NCBI RefSeq assembly: GCF_016433145.1
Contig: NC_058132.1
Span: 87,450,549 to 87,514,548, forward strand
Direction: 5' to 3'
Origin: Gracilinanus agilis
Taxonomy: Eukaryota
DNA: 64,000 nt
In this document: piece after piece, positions 60,804-64,000 of the stretch
Position numbering within the stretch: the first letter of the stretch is position 1
Layout: every line of letters begins with the position of its first letter
Program-made: the position numbers and the translations under genes
The notes under the pieces: generated by a model
What the model was told of the DNA's origin: nothing
Databases searched by the model: none
Seen by the model: the letters and a program-made list of their open reading frames with translations, nothing else

Positions 60804-61519
60804 ATAAATATATACAAAACTAGAGAGGGAAAAAAGAAGGTAATATTAAGAAAAAAAGGGAAAACAAACAAAATGGAGTAAATTTATATTCCATAAAGAA
60901 GTGCATAGGGACAACAGGGAAGAATTACAATACCTTGTAAAGGTAAAGAGGTTAGAGAGAGTAAATATTTAATACTCAAGTGCATTGAATTCAACTTAAA
61001 AAGGGAAGAACAAGCAGATCCATTGGGGCAGCCAATTGATTCACGCCCTATATAGAAGTAGAAGGGTAACAAAAGGACTGATGGAAAGGAAAGTGACACT
61101 AGGAAGGGAGAGGGTGGGGAGGGGGGAATCTTAAAAAGATCCTAAAGAAGAATAAGAGGGGAATAAGAAGGGAGAAGGGAGAAAGGGAAGTACAATAAGG
61201 GAGGGGATTAGGGGAACCAATTAAAAACAAAACACTGGTATAGAAGGAAATAGTGAAAGAAGAAAGCACAGGACAAGGCGAGAGAATCAAAATGTCCAGG
61301 AATACACAGTTGATAATTATAACTCTGAATGTGAATGGGATGAACTCACCCATAAAATGGAAGCAAATAGCAGAGTGGATTAGAAACCAAAATACACATG
61401 TTGTGTACAAGAAACACACATGAAACAGGCAGACATACATAGAGTAAAAATGAAAGGATGGAGCAAAATCTATTGGGCTTCAAATGAGAAAAAGAAGGCA
61501 AGAGTTGTCATCATATCAA

Positions 61520-64000
61520 CCCTGACACTTAAAATGGAAATGAGTCAAAGAAACAAACAAATCGGTGATGTTTTAAAACCAGGGCAGAGTAGTAGTACTT
61601 GGGATAAAAAGGATAACTCTTTTCTTCTCCTAAATACTCAGCTTCTGTTCATGGAACCTGAAAACATAACCACTTCTATGGTTGTCATATTCAATTTTGT
61701 GAGAGTCAAACAGCTGACTGTGAATATGAGTTTGAATTCAGATTTAGTTTTCTTGTACCATAATGTAAAATTCTGAAAAATTTAACTCTTTGGTATGTAC
61801 AAAGCAAATATTACCAGTGTTGAGAATGTATTTCCATTGATCTAGTCCTAAGGGTTTTAAATTGAAAACTATGGAAGGTTGAAAATGGCATAAGTTTGTA
61901 ATCATGCACTCTGGTAATATTCTATCAAAACAGAAATATCCAAGTTTCTCAACTTGTACTTGTCATATGCTTACTACATGTTTGGCAGTGTGCTAAAGGC
62001 TCAAGAGAGAAAGAAATTCAAAATTGTCTCTATGCTCAGGGAATTTACATTTTAATTTGTACAAAATAGATACATGAATGAAATACTCAGAATAGAAATA
62101 AAATAACCTTAAAGTCCAGAACTGCCACTTAGAGGAGCTAGAATTTGACCTGAGTGTTGAAGGGATCTAGAAATTCCAGGACATAGAAGTGAAAAAAATG
62201 TAGCATTACAAAGACAGAAATGGGTGTGTGGAACCTGTGCAAAAGGTATAGAGATGCTATTCCTCATACATGAGGAATGGTAAGATTAGGTTGGTGAGAC
62301 ATATGAAGACATTATTTTTAATTAATCTTAAAAGAAAGACTTGAAAGGTATTATGAAGAGCTTCATTTTACACAGGAGGTAATATGAAGGCACTGAAGTT
62401 TTTAAGGGAGGGGAGTTCTATGTTCAGAGTTTTACTTAAGGTATATCACTTTGTCAGTTGTATGGAGGATGTTTGTGAAAGTGAATTGATTTAGAGAAAC
62501 CAGGTAGGCTTCTAAGTAGTAGTTTAGGTAATAGATAATGAGGGCTTAATCTTAGGTCGTTTTTTTTTTTATTTTAAACCCTTAACTTCTGTGTATTGAC
62601 TTATAGGTAGAAGAGTGGTAAGGGTGGGCAATGGGGGTCAAGTGACTTGCCCAGGGTCACACAGCTGGGAAGTGTCTGAGGCCGAATTTGAACCTAGGAC
62701 CTCCTATCTCTAGGCCTGGCTCTCAATCTACTGAGCTACCCAGCTGCCCCTTAGGTAGTTTTGATATGGATTTGGAAAAGAGAAGAGATTTAAATGATGC
62801 CAATGGGAAATGCATGATTAAAGATTAGAGAAAGATGATAACCAAAATAGTAAGCTGTTTGATAAGATAGGAGGGAAAGGGATCAAGGACACATATGCAA
62901 ATAATGTACTTGAAAGGAGAAGAGTTAGTTCTCCTAAGCCTGCTGACAAAGAAGAAAGAATAGGGAATCTTGTTGAGATGATTTATCATTAATTTTTTAT
63001 TTTGAACTCCAAATTTTGTCCCTCTCTCCCACCCCTCCCTGAACCATTGAGAAGGCAATATATCTATTATATATGTGAAGTCATATAGAACATATTTCCA
63101 TATTTGTCATGTTTTCAAAAGATAAACAAGAAAAATAAAGTGGAAAAAGTATGCTTCACTTTTACCCACAGTTCACGAATTCTTTCTCCAGAGGTGGATA
63201 GCATTTTTAATCATGAGTCCTTTGAAATTGTCATGGATCATTGAATTGTTTAGAATAAGTAAGCCTTTCATAGTTGTTTATCGTTATAATGTTACTAATA
63301 TACTATTATACAATATATACTATTATACAGCATTCTTCTCATTCTGCTCACAATATTTTGCATCTGTTCATATAAATCTTCCCTGTTTCATCTGATATGA
63401 CCTTCATCGTCAATTCTTAAAGCACAACATTATTCCATCAAAATTATACATCACCTCTTTTTTCAACCATTCCCCCATTGATGAGCATCCCATCAATTTC
63501 CAGTTCTTTTTCACTTTAAAAAGACTTTCTATAAATATTTTTGTACATATAGAGCCTCCACTTTTCTTCAATCTCTTTGTGATATAGACCTTAGCAATAG
63601 TATAACTGGGTCAAAGAGTATGTAGTTTTATCACACTCACGGCAGGGTTCCAAATGTTTTCTCCAGAATGGTTGGACTAGATCACCACTTTAGCAATAGT
63701 GTATTAGTTTGGCTATTTTTCTATGTCCTCTCCAACACTTCTCATTTTCCTTTTCTGTCATGTTAGTCTGATCAATGTGAGTTGTTACCTCATTTAATTT
63801 GTATTTCTCTAATTATTAGTGATTTAGAGCATTTATATATGTATTGATAGTTTAAAATTATTTGGAAGACTGCTTCTTCATATCATTTGACCATTTATCA
63901 ATTGGGACATGGTTTTCCTTTTAATAATTTTGACTGTTCTCCATATATCTGAGATAAAGCTTTTTTTTTTTTTTTCCTAGAGAAACCTGCTATAATGAAA
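61520..64000 (+). repeat. Fourth, diverged copy of the OR52B4-like upstream flank
   Basis: Collinear with about 1250-4300, including unique sequence (ACTCAGC.TCT...ATGGA.CCT, CATAATGTAA.ATTCTGAAA, GAGAATGTATTTCCAT), then the L2 and L1 pieces in the same order. Confidence 0.75.
62564..62750 (-). mobile_element. Young opossum SINE
   Basis: TSD TTAGGTCGTTTT / TTAGGTAGTTTT. Confidence 0.92.

Larger units (their letters stand above)
58277..61517 (+). mobile_element. L1 with intact-looking 5' end, broken ORF1 (about 59061-60090), spacer and ORF2 endonuclease start (ATG 61292), truncated at the 3' side
   Basis: GGGC...AAGATGG start; ORF1 remnants (IERIHRSPP, IIAKFKN, KEKILQA); ORF2 MSRNTQLIIITLNVNGMNSPIK; the sequence then jumps into OR flank at about 61520. 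Confidence 0.88.

Noticed and set aside
1-64000. CRISPR arrays, operons, rRNA or snRNA genes, or a novel multi-gene system
   Set aside because: Mammalian repeat-rich DNA with no spacer-repeat arrays or recognisable structural RNAs. All long ORFs are OR or L1.

Overview
AT-rich marsupial genomic DNA. The SINE1_Mdo/SINE-1_MD-type SINEs point to a Monodelphis-like opossum. The window holds part of a class I olfactory receptor cluster with four intact, + strand, single-coding-exon OR52B-subfamily ORFs: three OR52B4-like paralogs (5158, 24300, 39622) and one more distant, GC-richer OR52B gene (ATG 56314). The three paralogs arose by two rounds of tandem segmental duplication. The younger round (about 11451-28157 copied to about 28149-43774) has a readable head-to-tail junction at 28149-28157. 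A fourth, more diverged copy of the paralogs' upstream flank starts at about 61520 and predicts another OR just past the window end. The rest is L1, L2, CR1/L3, MIR, young SINEs, solo LTRs, hAT elements, microsatellites and two N gaps. I see no new gene system. The best leads are copy-specific lesions in the middle OR (a new out-of-frame upstream ATG and H185N at a predicted carboxylate-binding site), candidate promoters and 5' exons, and the insertion stratigraphy. Repeat family names, human OR52B4 residues and structural numbering are from memory, not from searches. Boundaries of old repeats are approximate.
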